Below, in pieces: positions 1 to 8,673 of a stretch of 34,603 nucleotides of DNA. The notes below the pieces were generated by a model. It searched no databases. It saw only the letters and a program-made list of their open reading frames with translations, and was not told where the DNA came from. The position numbers and the translations under genes were made by a program. Source of the DNA: a virus (Duplodnaviria; Caudoviricetes); IMG/VR virus record IMGVR_UViG_3300043451_000112, positions 1 through 34,603 of that record; one strand, given 5' to 3'. How positions within the stretch are numbered: the first letter of the stretch is position 1; every line of letters starts with the position of its first letter.

Positions 1-127
1 AGCATTGTACCAAGCGACTGCCTCGTTGAGCAATTTGCCCTTGCGTAACATTTCATGCAGCTTACTTTTCCCAATTGCCATAAATACAAAGTAACAAAAA
101 AGGCGCATCGCTGCGCCTTTCTTTCAT
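1..127. repeat. Terminal direct repeat, copy 1 (circular-assembly overlap)
   Basis: 1-127 is identical to 34477-34603. It cuts through a gene start, as expected for a circularisation overlap. Confidence 0.97.
96..121 (-). terminator. Intrinsic terminator after the major tail operon
   Basis: Minus strand AAAGGCGCA-gcga-TGCGCCTTTTTT, a stem-loop followed by a U tract. Confidence 0.85.
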
Positions 128-143
128 ATACAAAACAAACAAA

Positions 144-296
144 CTATGCCTTTTTGATAATCGGTTGCGCTTGTTTCCAAGCCTGTTTCACCACCTCAGC
201 AGGGAAGTTCGCAAAGTGTGCAATCGCTTGCTTTTGTGTCATCCCCTCAAATGCGAAGGCATTGAATTGGTGGTTACCGATTTTAATCACTTGCAT
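144..296 (-). CDS. Small protein (50 aa) after the major tail protein, possibly a tail assembly factor
   Basis: Read by hand: MQVIKIGNHQFNAFAFEGMTQKQAIAHFANFPAEVVKQAWKQAQPIIKKA*. Starts 2 nt after the tail gene stop and ends just before a terminator. Confidence 0.75.
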   Translation of the reverse strand: MQVIKIGNHQFNAFAFEGMTQKQAIAHFANFPAEVVKQAWKQAQPIIKKA

Positions 297-298
297 GA

Positions 299-1231
299 TT
301 ATATAGCTACAAATGTTGTTGCCTCACCTTCAAACCCGTTCAATAGGTTACCTGTTGCGGCTCTGAAAGCAGACAATGCAACAACGTCACCCGCAGTTTG
401 AGCAGGGAGAGTAAGTGTATAAAGACCTGGTGTTACAGTCGACTCAGTCAAAGCCGAAGGTGTTACAGCCAAATTGGTTGTTTGGTTGAACAACGCGAAG
501 TCAGCTAATTCAGCACCTCTCCAAGGTAAGCGGTTAACTGCGTTTCCGTACTCGTAGTTAGCTTGGAACTCGATTTCAGTCGCTGAGTTGACAGTGATGT
601 CAAAAGTAACGTCAATAAGTCCATTAAGCTCAAGAGCAGAGAAAGGAGCGATTAAGCTAGATGGAATCATCCATTGGTCACCATCAGTTGTGATGAGCGA
701 GTAGTCCATTGAGAACATAACTTTTGCACCTGCGTCAGAAGTTGCGTCAATGTACTTAGCATAGAAGCTATATTGGTTTACAGGTCTAGGAACGAGTTTA
801 TCGCCTTCTAATTGACCTTTGAGGTTACCACAAACGTCAACTAAGAAAATACCGAAGTTCACGCAGTTGTCAGAAACCTTACCGAAGTATTGTTCATTCA
901 CACCCCAAGCCTCGAAAGTAACTGTTTTGATACCGTTGCGAGTTTTGAAACGCTCGCCATTGTCAGCAGTCTCAAAGTTCGGGTCAGCCTCCTCGTGTGT
1001 TACGTTACGAAGGTTGTTAAATGGATACATTCTTTTTGACGGGTCAGGGTTGTTGATCGCGTCAAGAATATCCTGTGCAAGTGTTGCACTTGTTAAGTCG
1101 ATACCGTTACGAGTACCATCGTTTGCAAGAATAGGCATCATGTAAACTCCTGACGTAACTCCAAAAGGTTTAACCCCCGGATAGCCAGTGTTTCCAATTC
1201 GCCCCTTGCAGTTACATCCAGCAATAGCCAT
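299..1231 (-). CDS. Major tail tube protein
   Basis: 310 aa, beta-rich with an Ig-like C-terminal region. Lies between the neck genes and the tape measure gene (across the circular junction) and has its own promoter-like motif. Confidence 0.75.
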   Translation of the reverse strand: MAIAGCNCKGRIGNTGYPGVKPFGVTSGVYMMPILANDGTRNGIDLTSATLAQDILDAINNPDPSKRMYPFNNLRNVTHEEADPNFETADNGERFKTRNGIKTVTFEAWGVNEQYFGKVSDNCVNFGIFLVDVCGNLKGQLEGDKLVPRPVNQYSFYAKYIDATSDAGAKVMFSMDYSLITTDGDQWMIPSSLIAPFSALELNGLIDVTFDITVNSATEIEFQANYEYGNAVNRLPWRGAELADFALFNQTTNLAVTPSALTESTVTPGLYTLTLPAQTAGDVVALSAFRAATGNLLNGFEGEATTFVAI

Positions 1232-1266
1232 AATCTTGTTTTTTAATTGATTAAATAAAAATTGTT

Positions 1267-1281
1267 CGTACCAAAATTAGC
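1267..1281 (-). promoter_or_regulatory. Putative late promoter for the major tail gene
   Basis: GCTAATTTTGGTACG contains the TAnnTTTG box and is 14/15 identical to 8210-8224. Confidence 0.6.
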
Positions 1282-1999
1282 AATTTTCACAATATCGCTT
1301 TATCATTTTGAAATTCACGTCAAGTTCAATCGCTGAAAGCGTGCTATCAAACAAAGCTTTGTCGATGCCGTTTTCGTTTTCTGTACCAAATTTGGGAAAG
1401 TCGCGAGTAGCGTAATTAAGGCTATCGCCGTCAAAAATATTGCTTAGCCTGTTCATTGTAGCCATGAACTCATTAAGTAGTGCATATAGCGGCTTTATGG
1501 CCTCGTCTTGGCGGTCTACGTTTAGTTTCTTCCAATCAGACCAATGTACAAACCAAAGTTTTGCAATTACGGTCTTTGAGCCTCCTGCGTTGTAGTTATC
1601 GGTTTTCTCCTCAGTTGGGGAAACTAACCAAATAAACGGCAGTTTATCGCGCTCCTTGTTTTGCTTGGTAGTTGGGTCCACATATTTATTCCACTCCCAC
1701 TTTGTGTTGGAAAGCGTGCCATTCAAAAGCAATGGTTTAGGTAGCGAATAGATTTCTAAGACTGTGAGCTCTACATCAGTTTCAACTATAAACTCAACCT
1801 CAGAAACAATTTGAACTACTTTGGTAGGCACTCCGTTAATGAGTAAACGATCAAGGTAAAGGCGTAGCCATTTGGCATCGCAAAAAGTAACCGACTGCGT
1901 GAAATTAACATCATCAAAAACACCAACCTCAACAGCTTTCAGTGAGTTGTCTAGGTTGTTTATTACAAATTCCTGTATTTGCTCGCTAACTAGCTTCAT
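1277..1999 (-). CDS. Neck/tail terminator-like structural protein
   Basis: Sits between the head-tail adaptor and the major tail gene. An ATGA overlap with the upstream gene supports the start at 1999. Confidence 0.55.
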   Translation of the reverse strand: MKLVSEQIQEFVINNLDNSLKAVEVGVFDDVNFTQSVTFCDAKWLRLYLDRLLINGVPTKVVQIVSEVEFIVETDVELTVLEIYSLPKPLLLNGTLSNTKWEWNKYVDPTTKQNKERDKLPFIWLVSPTEEKTDNYNAGGSKTVIAKLWFVHWSDWKKLNVDRQDEAIKPLYALLNEFMATMNRLSNIFDGDSLNYATRDFPKFGTENENGIDKALFDSTLSAIELDVNFKMIKRYCENC

Positions 2000-2499
2000 A
2001 TTAACCAAGAGGTTTTGAACTCAGTTCCTTTGTATGTAGGATAAACAAGCTCTTTGTTGAGCTCAATGTATTCTTGTAGCAATAGGCTGTTTTTCACAGC
2101 ATCGTTGTACAACTTGAATACGTTTGTGTAATTGTCATTTGCAAGCTCTCCAGCCTCAACTTTAGGCCTCATTTGGCCAATGCTAGTATTTAGTGTGATT
2201 TGCTCGCGTTGGTACTTAGCGTAAATCATGGCGGTCAAGATGTCGTAAAGACCTGAGCAATATTTGCCTTCTCCGCATTTGCCCTCAAAAGCAAACTCAG
2301 TGAGTAGCTTTTCGAGTTCTGGTACCGTTGGGTCATCGTAAAGCAAATTAGTCAACTCATAACCAAGCATTTTGTAAACGGTTGGCTTCTCATAGAGCTT
2401 GATATACTCCTCAATTACAGCCTCACCATTGTTAAAAGCAACGGTAATAGCATAACGATTGATAAAGTTTTCAGGGGTTATAAGTTGACTGACTGCCAT
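1996..2499 (-). CDS. Head-tail adaptor/connector protein
   Basis: 167 aa, helical, second gene after the capsid gene. Call rests on synteny. Confidence 0.55.
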   Translation of the reverse strand: MAVSQLITPENFINRYAITVAFNNGEAVIEEYIKLYEKPTVYKMLGYELTNLLYDDPTVPELEKLLTEFAFEGKCGEGKYCSGLYDILTAMIYAKYQREQITLNTSIGQMRPKVEAGELANDNYTNVFKLYNDAVKNSLLLQEYIELNKELVYPTYKGTEFKTSWLI

Positions 2500-2504
2500 G
2501 GTAA

Positions 2505-2750
2505 TTACTCGATTACGATTTCTTCACCTTCATTTGTTACATCGGCCTCAGGAGCTTCGTTAGCCTCAGGAGCTGGAGCTTGTGGCTCTTCAACTTCGGG
2601 TTCAGCTTCTTTTTTGCCTTTGCCTTTTGCCTTTGCTTCTAATGCCTCAGCTTTGCCCTCTTTGATAAGTGCCTCAGCCATTAGATCGTCAATCTCGACA
2701 ACATTGCCTTTGCGGCTTGGGTGAAATTTTGCGGTTAATTTAATCTTCAT
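2505..2750 (-). CDS. Small capsid-associated protein with acidic low-complexity tail
   Basis: 81 aa immediately after the capsid gene. G-x-VVEI-x-D-x-x-AEALIKEG-x-A domain plus an E/P/A-rich tail. Confidence 0.6.
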   Translation of the reverse strand: MKIKLTAKFHPSRKGNVVEIDDLMAEALIKEGKAEALEAKAKGKGKKEAEPEVEEPQAPAPEANEAPEADVTNEGEEIVIE

Positions 2751-2774
2751 TGTGTAAAGTATTAAAGGTTTCTA

Positions 2775-2825
2775 TGCTACAAACCCCGACAAACCGCTTG
2801 GGTTAATGTCGGGGCAAGTGTAGCA
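2775..2825 (-). promoter_or_regulatory. Long bulged hairpin downstream of the major capsid gene
   Basis: Nested inverted repeats TGCTACA/TGTAGCA, CCCCGACA/TGTCGGGG and AACC/GGTT. No U tract. Confidence 0.65.
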
Positions 2826-2835
2826 GATATTACTC

Positions 2836-4038
2836 TTATGGTGCAGTAATCAAAGTTTTAGCAGCGGCCATTGTGCCTTTAACCAATACTTGAGTATCGT
2901 TTGCAGAAACGAACTGTACTAATGCTTGCTCAGCAAGGATGGTACGCATGTTGTTTGTAAAGTCGTTACCGTCTTCTCCAATGTTGATTGAAAGACCTTC
3001 ACGGAAACGAACGTTTACAACTGACAAGTCACCACCAACAAAGTCAACACCTGAGCCAATCAAGGCAAGTTCTGGAATCAATTGCATTCCTGCAACTTCT
3101 GTACCGTCAGCAGATTTGAAAGGTGGGATTAAGTAAATACCGTCAACTGATTTCTCCATGTCCATAGCTGCAAGGATATCAGGGTTAACGAATACAGCCG
3201 AAGCAGTACCGAAACCTTTTTGTACTTGCAGAGCTAATGCGCGGAACACGTCAAAGTCTGAAGGAATAGCGGTTGTAACACCACCACCGGTAAACGCAGT
3301 TGCGTAACCAAGTAAGCCGTTTAACATTGTACCGTTACCGGCAAATAACTCAGTCACAGTTGCAACCTCGATACGACGTAACAAGTTTGCTTGCAAGTAA
3401 GAAACTAACTGCGGAAGGTCGCGAAGCATCTCAGTAGAAACTTTGCAGTAAACTGCGATTTTCTGAACCTTAGCTTCTTTCTCTTTGTACTGAACAGACA
3501 CGTTTGTTTTACCAGTGCCCTCACCAATGAAAATTGGCGTACCTTGCTCGTTGTACTCTTCAACCCACATTGCTACGCGGTTGTTGATTGTACCAACTGA
3601 AACAAGACCTAAGTAACGAGATACGCGTGAACGTACTGCGCTAATTACACCCGTGAAAGATGTCAACAACCAATGTGAAGCTGAGTCGCCTCCAAGAATA
3701 GTGTTTGCCTCAGTTACGTTAACTGCTGCCTTTACTTGGATGTCCACGTTAGCACCTTTGGTGTTGATTGCGTTGTTGATGTCCTCAGCTTTAGCCTCGA
3801 ATGCGCTCATTAAAGCCTCACGGAAAGATTTAACTTCTTTTTGTGGCTCGTTGTTAGCTTGTTTCAAAGCCTCGATTTGAGTCTCAACATTTGTGATCGC
3901 CTCTTTAATCGCTGTGACGTCGTTAGCGCTTTTTAATTCTTCGATGGATGCTTTGATAGCCTCAACATCTGTTTGGTTTGCAAAACCCTTAGTTGCTAGT
4001 TTTTCCTCAAGGGCTTTAACTACTTCTTCTACTGTCAT
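2836..4038 (-). CDS. Major capsid protein, HK97 fold
   Basis: 400 aa with an N-terminal coiled-coil delta domain of about 103 aa. HK97-like segments IGEGTGK, KIAVYCKVSTEMLRD, ELFAGNG, VNP and DFTNNMRTILAE. Confidence 0.93.
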   Translation of the reverse strand: MTVEEVVKALEEKLATKGFANQTDVEAIKASIEELKSANDVTAIKEAITNVETQIEALKQANNEPQKEVKSFREALMSAFEAKAEDINNAINTKGANVDIQVKAAVNVTEANTILGGDSASHWLLTSFTGVISAVRSRVSRYLGLVSVGTINNRVAMWVEEYNEQGTPIFIGEGTGKTNVSVQYKEKEAKVQKIAVYCKVSTEMLRDLPQLVSYLQANLLRRIEVATVTELFAGNGTMLNGLLGYATAFTGGGVTTAIPSDFDVFRALALQVQKGFGTASAVFVNPDILAAMDMEKSVDGIYLIPPFKSADGTEVAGMQLIPELALIGSGVDFVGGDLSVVNVRFREGLSINIGEDGNDFTNNMRTILAEQALVQFVSANDTQVLVKGTMAAAKTLITAP

Positions 4039-4049
4039 TTTATTAGAAT

Positions 4050-4970
4050 TTAGAAGTTAGAAATTACTTTGCTCCAATCCAAGGCAGGAGCTTCTTTGCC
4101 TTCTTGAGTGTCTTTAGACGGCTCGTTGTTGGAAGTGCTTTTGGCGGCTTCCTTGCGACGTGTTCCACAGCCTTTGCAAAGTCCGTTACCATTGTCGACT
4201 GTCATGGTGTCGGTTTCTGCTTCGCACGTGTCGCAGTATTCTTTATTTGCGTTCTCTACAATAGAGATTACAGGTGTAATTGCATTGCTACCTTTTACAA
4301 CGGCAGAACCTTCCACTACTTTTGCTTCGGTAACTGCCCAAAAATAACCGTAGTTGTCGGCTACTTCTTTGTTGACTACCTGAGGATAGTATTTATCCCA
4401 ATTCGCTTTCTCACTTGCGTAACTTGGCTCGTTGGTATCTACACAAAGGAAAAGTTTAACGTAGCGCATCCCAACTGAATGGTTAAGAACGTAGCCGTTT
4501 TTATACTGCTCAAACATGAACGGATTGCGCTTGTTGTCAATCGTTACATCAAAGACAAGAGCCTCAGTTGAGCCCTCGTAACTTGCACCGAGCTTACTCC
4601 AGGGCATTTTTTTAGTTGATGCCGTGAAGTCGTTATTTACGTTGTCAGCGATTACGTACTCGAACTCCATTTCATGCTCCTGCAATAAGTAGAGCGTTTT
4701 CATCTCCTGCAAAGACTTTTTCCAAAGACCAGGTATATGGCAGTCCATGTGTGAGTCAATTACGTTGGTCGTATTGATACAAAGGCCGAGTTTCATGGTG
4801 CCGAGCTCCATAGCTTGCCCGTTACCATCTTGTTTGATTACTTCGGTCTTGTGATTGACTTCGCCATAAGAACCGAACACTACATCTCCATGCTTTAAAG
4901 TCGATGTCTTTTTCGCGTATAAAAGCTCTTTGTTAGCTAGTACATCTTTAATTGATTCCTCTCTAGTCAT
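4050..4970 (-). CDS. HK97-type prohead maturation protease
   Basis: N-VIDSHMD...LQEH...HSVG...EGSAV..GSN pattern, located directly upstream of the capsid gene. Confidence 0.85.
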   Translation of the reverse strand: MTREESIKDVLANKELLYAKKTSTLKHGDVVFGSYGEVNHKTEVIKQDGNGQAMELGTMKLGLCINTTNVIDSHMDCHIPGLWKKSLQEMKTLYLLQEHEMEFEYVIADNVNNDFTASTKKMPWSKLGASYEGSTEALVFDVTIDNKRNPFMFEQYKNGYVLNHSVGMRYVKLFLCVDTNEPSYASEKANWDKYYPQVVNKEVADNYGYFWAVTEAKVVEGSAVVKGSNAITPVISIVENANKEYCDTCEAETDTMTVDNGNGLCKGCGTRRKEAAKSTSNNEPSKDTQEGKEAPALDWSKVISNF

Positions 4971-5053
4971 TTCTTTACAGTTTCATTTGAGACCTTAACA
5001 ACCTCCTTAACTTGCTTGATTGCTTCGATTTCTTTCGGCGTTAAATTACTCAT
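4967..5053 (-). CDS. Small peptide (28 aa) translationally coupled to the protease
   Basis: MSNLTPKEIEAIKQVKEVVKVSNETVKK*, with an ATGA overlap onto the protease start. Confidence 0.55.
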   Translation of the reverse strand: MSNLTPKEIEAIKQVKEVVKVSNETVKK

Positions 5054-5055
5054 AT

Positions 5056-5088
5056 CAAAGTTATTTGAGCAAATTTATAATAATTTTG
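5056..5088. promoter_or_regulatory. Divergent promoter cluster (head operon on -, portal on +)
   Basis: Minus TAACTTTG (5056-5063) and TAAATTTG (5070-5077); plus TAATTTTG (5081-5088). All match the Bacteroidota TAnnTTTG box. Confidence 0.65.
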
Positions 5089-5110
5089 GCCTACACATTA
5101 AATTTAAACG

Positions 5111-6292
5111 ATGGACTTTTTCAGCAAAGTATTCGCGCTTTTCGGCATCAACAACCCTAATTACTATACCACACAACAAATCGGAACGGTTGTGCCTGAA
5201 TGGGTGAACACATCTGATAAGTGGAATTTATACTATTCTATTCCAGAACTAAACGCAGTAATTAACCGATTTGCTGACATGGTGGCTAGTGCAAATCCAA
5301 TGATCGTTGACAAAGATGGCAACCCCGTGAAAAATAACGGCAACCCGATTTTCAAACTAATCGACCGACCTAACGCAATGCAGTCTTGGGGCAAAATGAT
5401 GAAGTTCGTTGCTATCAATCAGTGCATTACAAATAACGTCATTGTGTACGCTCCAAACGGCTCGTTTGGTAAATTGCAGTTGATGCCTTTGGCTTTCAAT
5501 AATGTGAAGATTGTGCCAACAGGTCAGAACCTCATCACAGTTGATTTGAAGTCGTTTATTAAGGAATTTCAAATCCCAATCAGCCGCATCGATACCTACA
5601 CCACATTTTTGCCTGAGGAGATTATTTACATAACCGAGGTGGATGGTATTGATATGTTCAACTCACGATCTAAGATTGATGCTTTGAAGATGCCATTGAG
5701 CAACCTACAAAAGCAATACGAAAAAAGAAATGTGCTACTTCGCAACATGTTCTCACTTGGTATTCTGTCAAGCGACAATAAAGACGGCATTTCATCACTC
5801 CCTTTAGAAGATGAGGATATCAAGAAAATCCGCAAGGACATGAAGGCAAGAAATGAAGGCGAGGTTATTATAACCGACAAGCCTATCAAATTCGAGCCTA
5901 TGACATTCCCGGTTAAAGATTTGATGCTATTTGAGGAAATGACTGCTGACAAGTTGGCTATCATTGATGCCTACGGATTGAATCAACATATGTTCGGTCA
6001 AGGCGAAGGCGGCAAAGGCTCAACTTTCTCAAATGTAGAAATGGGAGAGCGTCAGGCGTACAACTCAACTATTATTCCTACAACGGAAATCCTATACGAT
6101 GAGTTCACTAAGCAAATGAAGCTCCATGAGGAAGGTATGTACTTGGTGCCAGACTTCTCACACATCTCTGTACTTAAAGAAGACCAAACGCGAAGTGCTG
6201 AGGCTATGTTTAAGCGTGCGAGCGCAGTTGAGAAGATAAGCAACATCACACCGCTTAGCGATCAAGAGAAACGCGATTTACTCGGCATCTAG
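5111..6292 (+). CDS. Portal protein (HK97-like), inverted orientation
   Basis: 393 aa with PELNAVINRFADMVA, RPNAMQS, IIDAYGL...TFSNVE...YNSTIIP and a C-terminal EKRDLLG. Located between terminase and protease. Confidence 0.92.
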   Translation: MDFFSKVFALFGINNPNYYTTQQIGTVVPEWVNTSDKWNLYYSIPELNAVINRFADMVASANPMIVDKDGNPVKNNGNPIFKLIDRPNAMQSWGKMMKFVAINQCITNNVIVYAPNGSFGKLQLMPLAFNNVKIVPTGQNLITVDLKSFIKEFQIPISRIDTYTTFLPEEIIYITEVDGIDMFNSRSKIDALKMPLSNLQKQYEKRNVLLRNMFSLGILSSDNKDGISSLPLEDEDIKKIRKDMKARNEGEVIITDKPIKFEPMTFPVKDLMLFEEMTADKLAIIDAYGLNQHMFGQGEGGKGSTFSNVEMGERQAYNSTIIPTTEILYDEFTKQMKLHEEGMYLVPDFSHISVLKEDQTRSAEAMFKRASAVEKISNITPLSDQEKRDLLGI

Positions 6293-7633
6293 TTTAGGCA
6301 GCATCGCCTGAACAAACAACGCTAGACCTGTAACCGCGTCAGGCGCATCGTCATTCTTATTCTTGCCCTCTTTTTGATAGCCTTTAAGGTTGTGAATAAA
6401 CTGCCCATATTCGCCGATTTGGTCGGCTAGGAATCTGAATTTGCGCAGCACGTAGCTACTATTCATTATAATTCGGGTCTCTTTGTTCTGATTATTTACA
6501 ACAGGCAACAGCCTCGTTTTTGTGGCCTTACGTAGCGATTTGATAAATATCGCCCCCATTCCATTGGTTTCGACTCGGCAATAGCTCACATTGTTGTCAT
6601 CCAATACCTTGGCACAAAGTGGAATAGTAACGTCAGTATTTGCCTTTGAGAAAACTACATCTGTGATGTACACATCTTTTCCGACTATATGGCCAATGAC
6701 AAGGCAAAGGAAGTCGCTTCCCTCGTCAGCTACGTCAATGTAAGCAAATGCGCCTGCGGTGTGTTTCTTGACTGCCTGAATGTCTTTGAATGTACGTAAG
6801 TGTTCAAACAAACGCCCTTTGATGTCAACAGGTTGCTGCATATACTCAGCCATCCAAATCTCTTCGCGTGTCTTTTGCTTTTTACGCAAATATTCCTCGG
6901 TTGTCATTACGTCCTCACAAAACGAAAGCAATTCACCATCCTGTTCAATGAGTGCCGGCACAATGATTTGTCGGTCGTAATATCCTTGCTCAGTATTTTT
7001 ACCGATTACGTCGTCACGCGTCCAACGCGTACCAATGTCAATCTCAGCGCATCCGCTTTCTTTACGTGAGTCGTGTGTTGCCTCTTTCCATGAATGCGTT
7101 TTTTCGCGTATGGTTTCGCTCATCGCATCTTCCATGGATTTAAAAAGGTCATCGGTAATAGCTAGCTTACTTGCACCAAAACCAATGATTGTACCGCCAA
7201 CGCCTCGGCCAAAATAACCGACCTGCTTTGAGTAATTAGTTGACCAAGCGTCAACACTACCTCGGTCATCTGATAGCCTTACTTCTGGAAATACTTGCAT
7301 GAATTTTTCTGATCGTACAATATCCCTTGCATCGTATGAAAGTTTTTGAGCAAGCGTTGCAGTACAGGTGTTTCTCATTACGCTTTCAGTTGGGTGCTTT
7401 CCAAGTGTCCAGGCACAAAACAATGAAGTTATGTAGGATTTACCTGCGCGGGGTGGTAACGATACTGCCAGCGTTCTGATTACTCGGTCATCAATATCTT
7501 GAAACGCCTGTGCGATTTCTTTGAGATATGGGCGTGATTTGAAAAAGTCATAGTCATAGAAGAAACAGAACGCAACGAAATTACTCCGTGCGGCCGATTG
7601 CAATAATGGCTTTATTTCATCATAGCTTGTCAA
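6278..7633 (-). CDS. terL: Terminase large subunit
   Basis: Walker A LPPRAGKS, ITDD, GTRW..DD, YMQQP, nuclease YIDVADEGSDF, VETN and DDAPDA. Confidence 0.96.
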   Translation of the reverse strand: MTSYDEIKPLLQSAARSNFVAFCFFYDYDFFKSRPYLKEIAQAFQDIDDRVIRTLAVSLPPRAGKSYITSLFCAWTLGKHPTESVMRNTCTATLAQKLSYDARDIVRSEKFMQVFPEVRLSDDRGSVDAWSTNYSKQVGYFGRGVGGTIIGFGASKLAITDDLFKSMEDAMSETIREKTHSWKEATHDSRKESGCAEIDIGTRWTRDDVIGKNTEQGYYDRQIIVPALIEQDGELLSFCEDVMTTEEYLRKKQKTREEIWMAEYMQQPVDIKGRLFEHLRTFKDIQAVKKHTAGAFAYIDVADEGSDFLCLVIGHIVGKDVYITDVVFSKANTDVTIPLCAKVLDDNNVSYCRVETNGMGAIFIKSLRKATKTRLLPVVNNQNKETRIIMNSSYVLRKFRFLADQIGEYGQFIHNLKGYQKEGKNKNDDAPDAVTGLALFVQAMLPKLDAE

Positions 7634-8156
7634 TGAGCTTCGTTATTTGGTCATCGTTTAGCTCAATTCCTTTCGGGGCGTTTAGGCTTTGATTGTTGGT
7701 TGTAATGTCGACCTTATCGCCGTACTTCTTAGGCATTATCTTGGATAAGTACCATTTACGCGTGTCAATTTGTAGCTTGTTGCGGTGAATGACATTGTGG
7801 TCTGTTCGCTCTTTACCATCGGCATCAATGTACACATCTTTGTCCTGTTTATCAGCAATATCGAGCATTTCCTCGAATATCATTTCACTACGTATTTCAG
7901 CCGCACGCGCGTATTTTTTCGCGTTATTTTCGTCCTCATTTAGCCATTTATAGAACATATCAGTGCTCAAACCAAGCCTTTTAATGCCTTTAATTGCGCT
8001 AATCCCCTCAATCTCAATAATTTGGCAAAGCAACTCAAATTTATAAGGCGTATTTTTCACCGTTGGCACACCTGTTTTCTTTCTTGGTTGTCCTGCCTTT
8101 GTTAATGGACTAGGCTTTTTCCTTGGTGCTCTTGGTTTTTTCTCTTTCTTTTCCAT
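7620..8156 (-). CDS. terS: Terminase small subunit (Sf6 gp1-like)
   Basis: HTH followed by YARAAE...EEMLDIAD...KLQIDTRKWYLSKIMPKKYGDK. Overlaps the terL start. Confidence 0.92.
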   Translation of the reverse strand: MEKKEKKPRAPRKKPSPLTKAGQPRKKTGVPTVKNTPYKFELLCQIIEIEGISAIKGIKRLGLSTDMFYKWLNEDENNAKKYARAAEIRSEMIFEEMLDIADKQDKDVYIDADGKERTDHNVIHRNKLQIDTRKWYLSKIMPKKYGDKVDITTNNQSLNAPKGIELNDDQITKLIDKL

Positions 8157-8168
8157 GTTACAATGTAT

Positions 8169-8194
8169 AAAAAAGGCCGACAATGAGCCGACCT
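8169..8194 (-). terminator. Intrinsic terminator upstream of terS
   Basis: Minus AGGTCGGC-tcatt-GTCGGCCT-TTTTT, with G-U pairs in the stem. Confidence 0.7.
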
Positions 8195-8209
8195 AATTGC
8201 ATCAATCAA

Positions 8210-8224
8210 CGTACCAAATTTAGC
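8210..8224 (-). promoter_or_regulatory. Putative late promoter upstream of the terminase genes
   Basis: GCTAAATTTGGTACG, nearly identical to 1267-1281. Confidence 0.55.
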
Positions 8225-8453
8225 GTTTTCTGTACAATTGAAAAAATCTAACAATCATCCTTGCCTTTCTTTGTTCGGGGTGTTGTCCGATTATTTCAAG
8301 TAGTTTCGGATAAAGTGGCAGCGCTGAAATGGCACGGTTAAAACGTCTATCGGTCATTGCTCCGTGAACAATTAAACGCCCGATTTGCTCGTATTGTTTA
8401 GCTTGTAGGTCTTTTTGTTTTTTACCGAATAAGCGTCTAAGAAAAGAAAACAT
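8220..8453 (-). CDS. Hypothetical basic protein
   Basis: Likely start MFSFLRRLFGKK, overlapping the end of the upstream gene. Confidence 0.6.
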   Translation of the reverse strand: MFSFLRRLFGKKQKDLQAKQYEQIGRLIVHGAMTDRRFNRAISALPLYPKLLEIIGQHPEQRKARMIVRFFQLYRKR

Positions 8454-8670
8454 ATTGAATGAATTTGAAGATTGAAAATAAGATGAGTGCCCAAACAATG
8501 CGGTAAGTAGTCAGAAGAACAACCCACCAATTTGGGTGCCTAAGCGCTACATTCTGGTGCCATTGGTTGCCAATTGGATAGAATGAAATAAACAACCTAT
8601 CCGCAATAAATAGGTAAAGATAAATAGGCGCTAAAATGATGAATTTTGCTATTGTGATGGCTTTTTTCAT
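8437..8670 (-). CDS. Small membrane protein (two hydrophobic segments)
   Basis: FIILAPIYLYLFIA and WWVVLLTTYRIVWALILFSIF. Confidence 0.65.
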   Translation of the reverse strand: MKKAITIAKFIILAPIYLYLFIADRLFISFYPIGNQWHQNVALRHPNWWVVLLTTYRIVWALILFSIFKFIQYVFFS

Positions 8671-8673
8671 GTG

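Noticed and set aside
81-160. Lambda G/GT-type -1 frameshift at AAA AAG in the 50-aa ORF
   Set aside because: The -1 frame does not join the next gene's frame, and a terminator lies in between.
2751-2841. Programmed frameshift or read-through extending the capsid protein (CCA-TAA plus hairpin)
   Set aside because: Frame 0 has a second TAA two codons later, and both shifted frames hit TAG before reaching the next gene.
5054-6292. Portal as a recombinase-driven invertible segment
   Set aside because: I saw no flanking inverted repeats and no invertase gene. The 3' end overlaps the terL coding sequence, so flipping would damage it.
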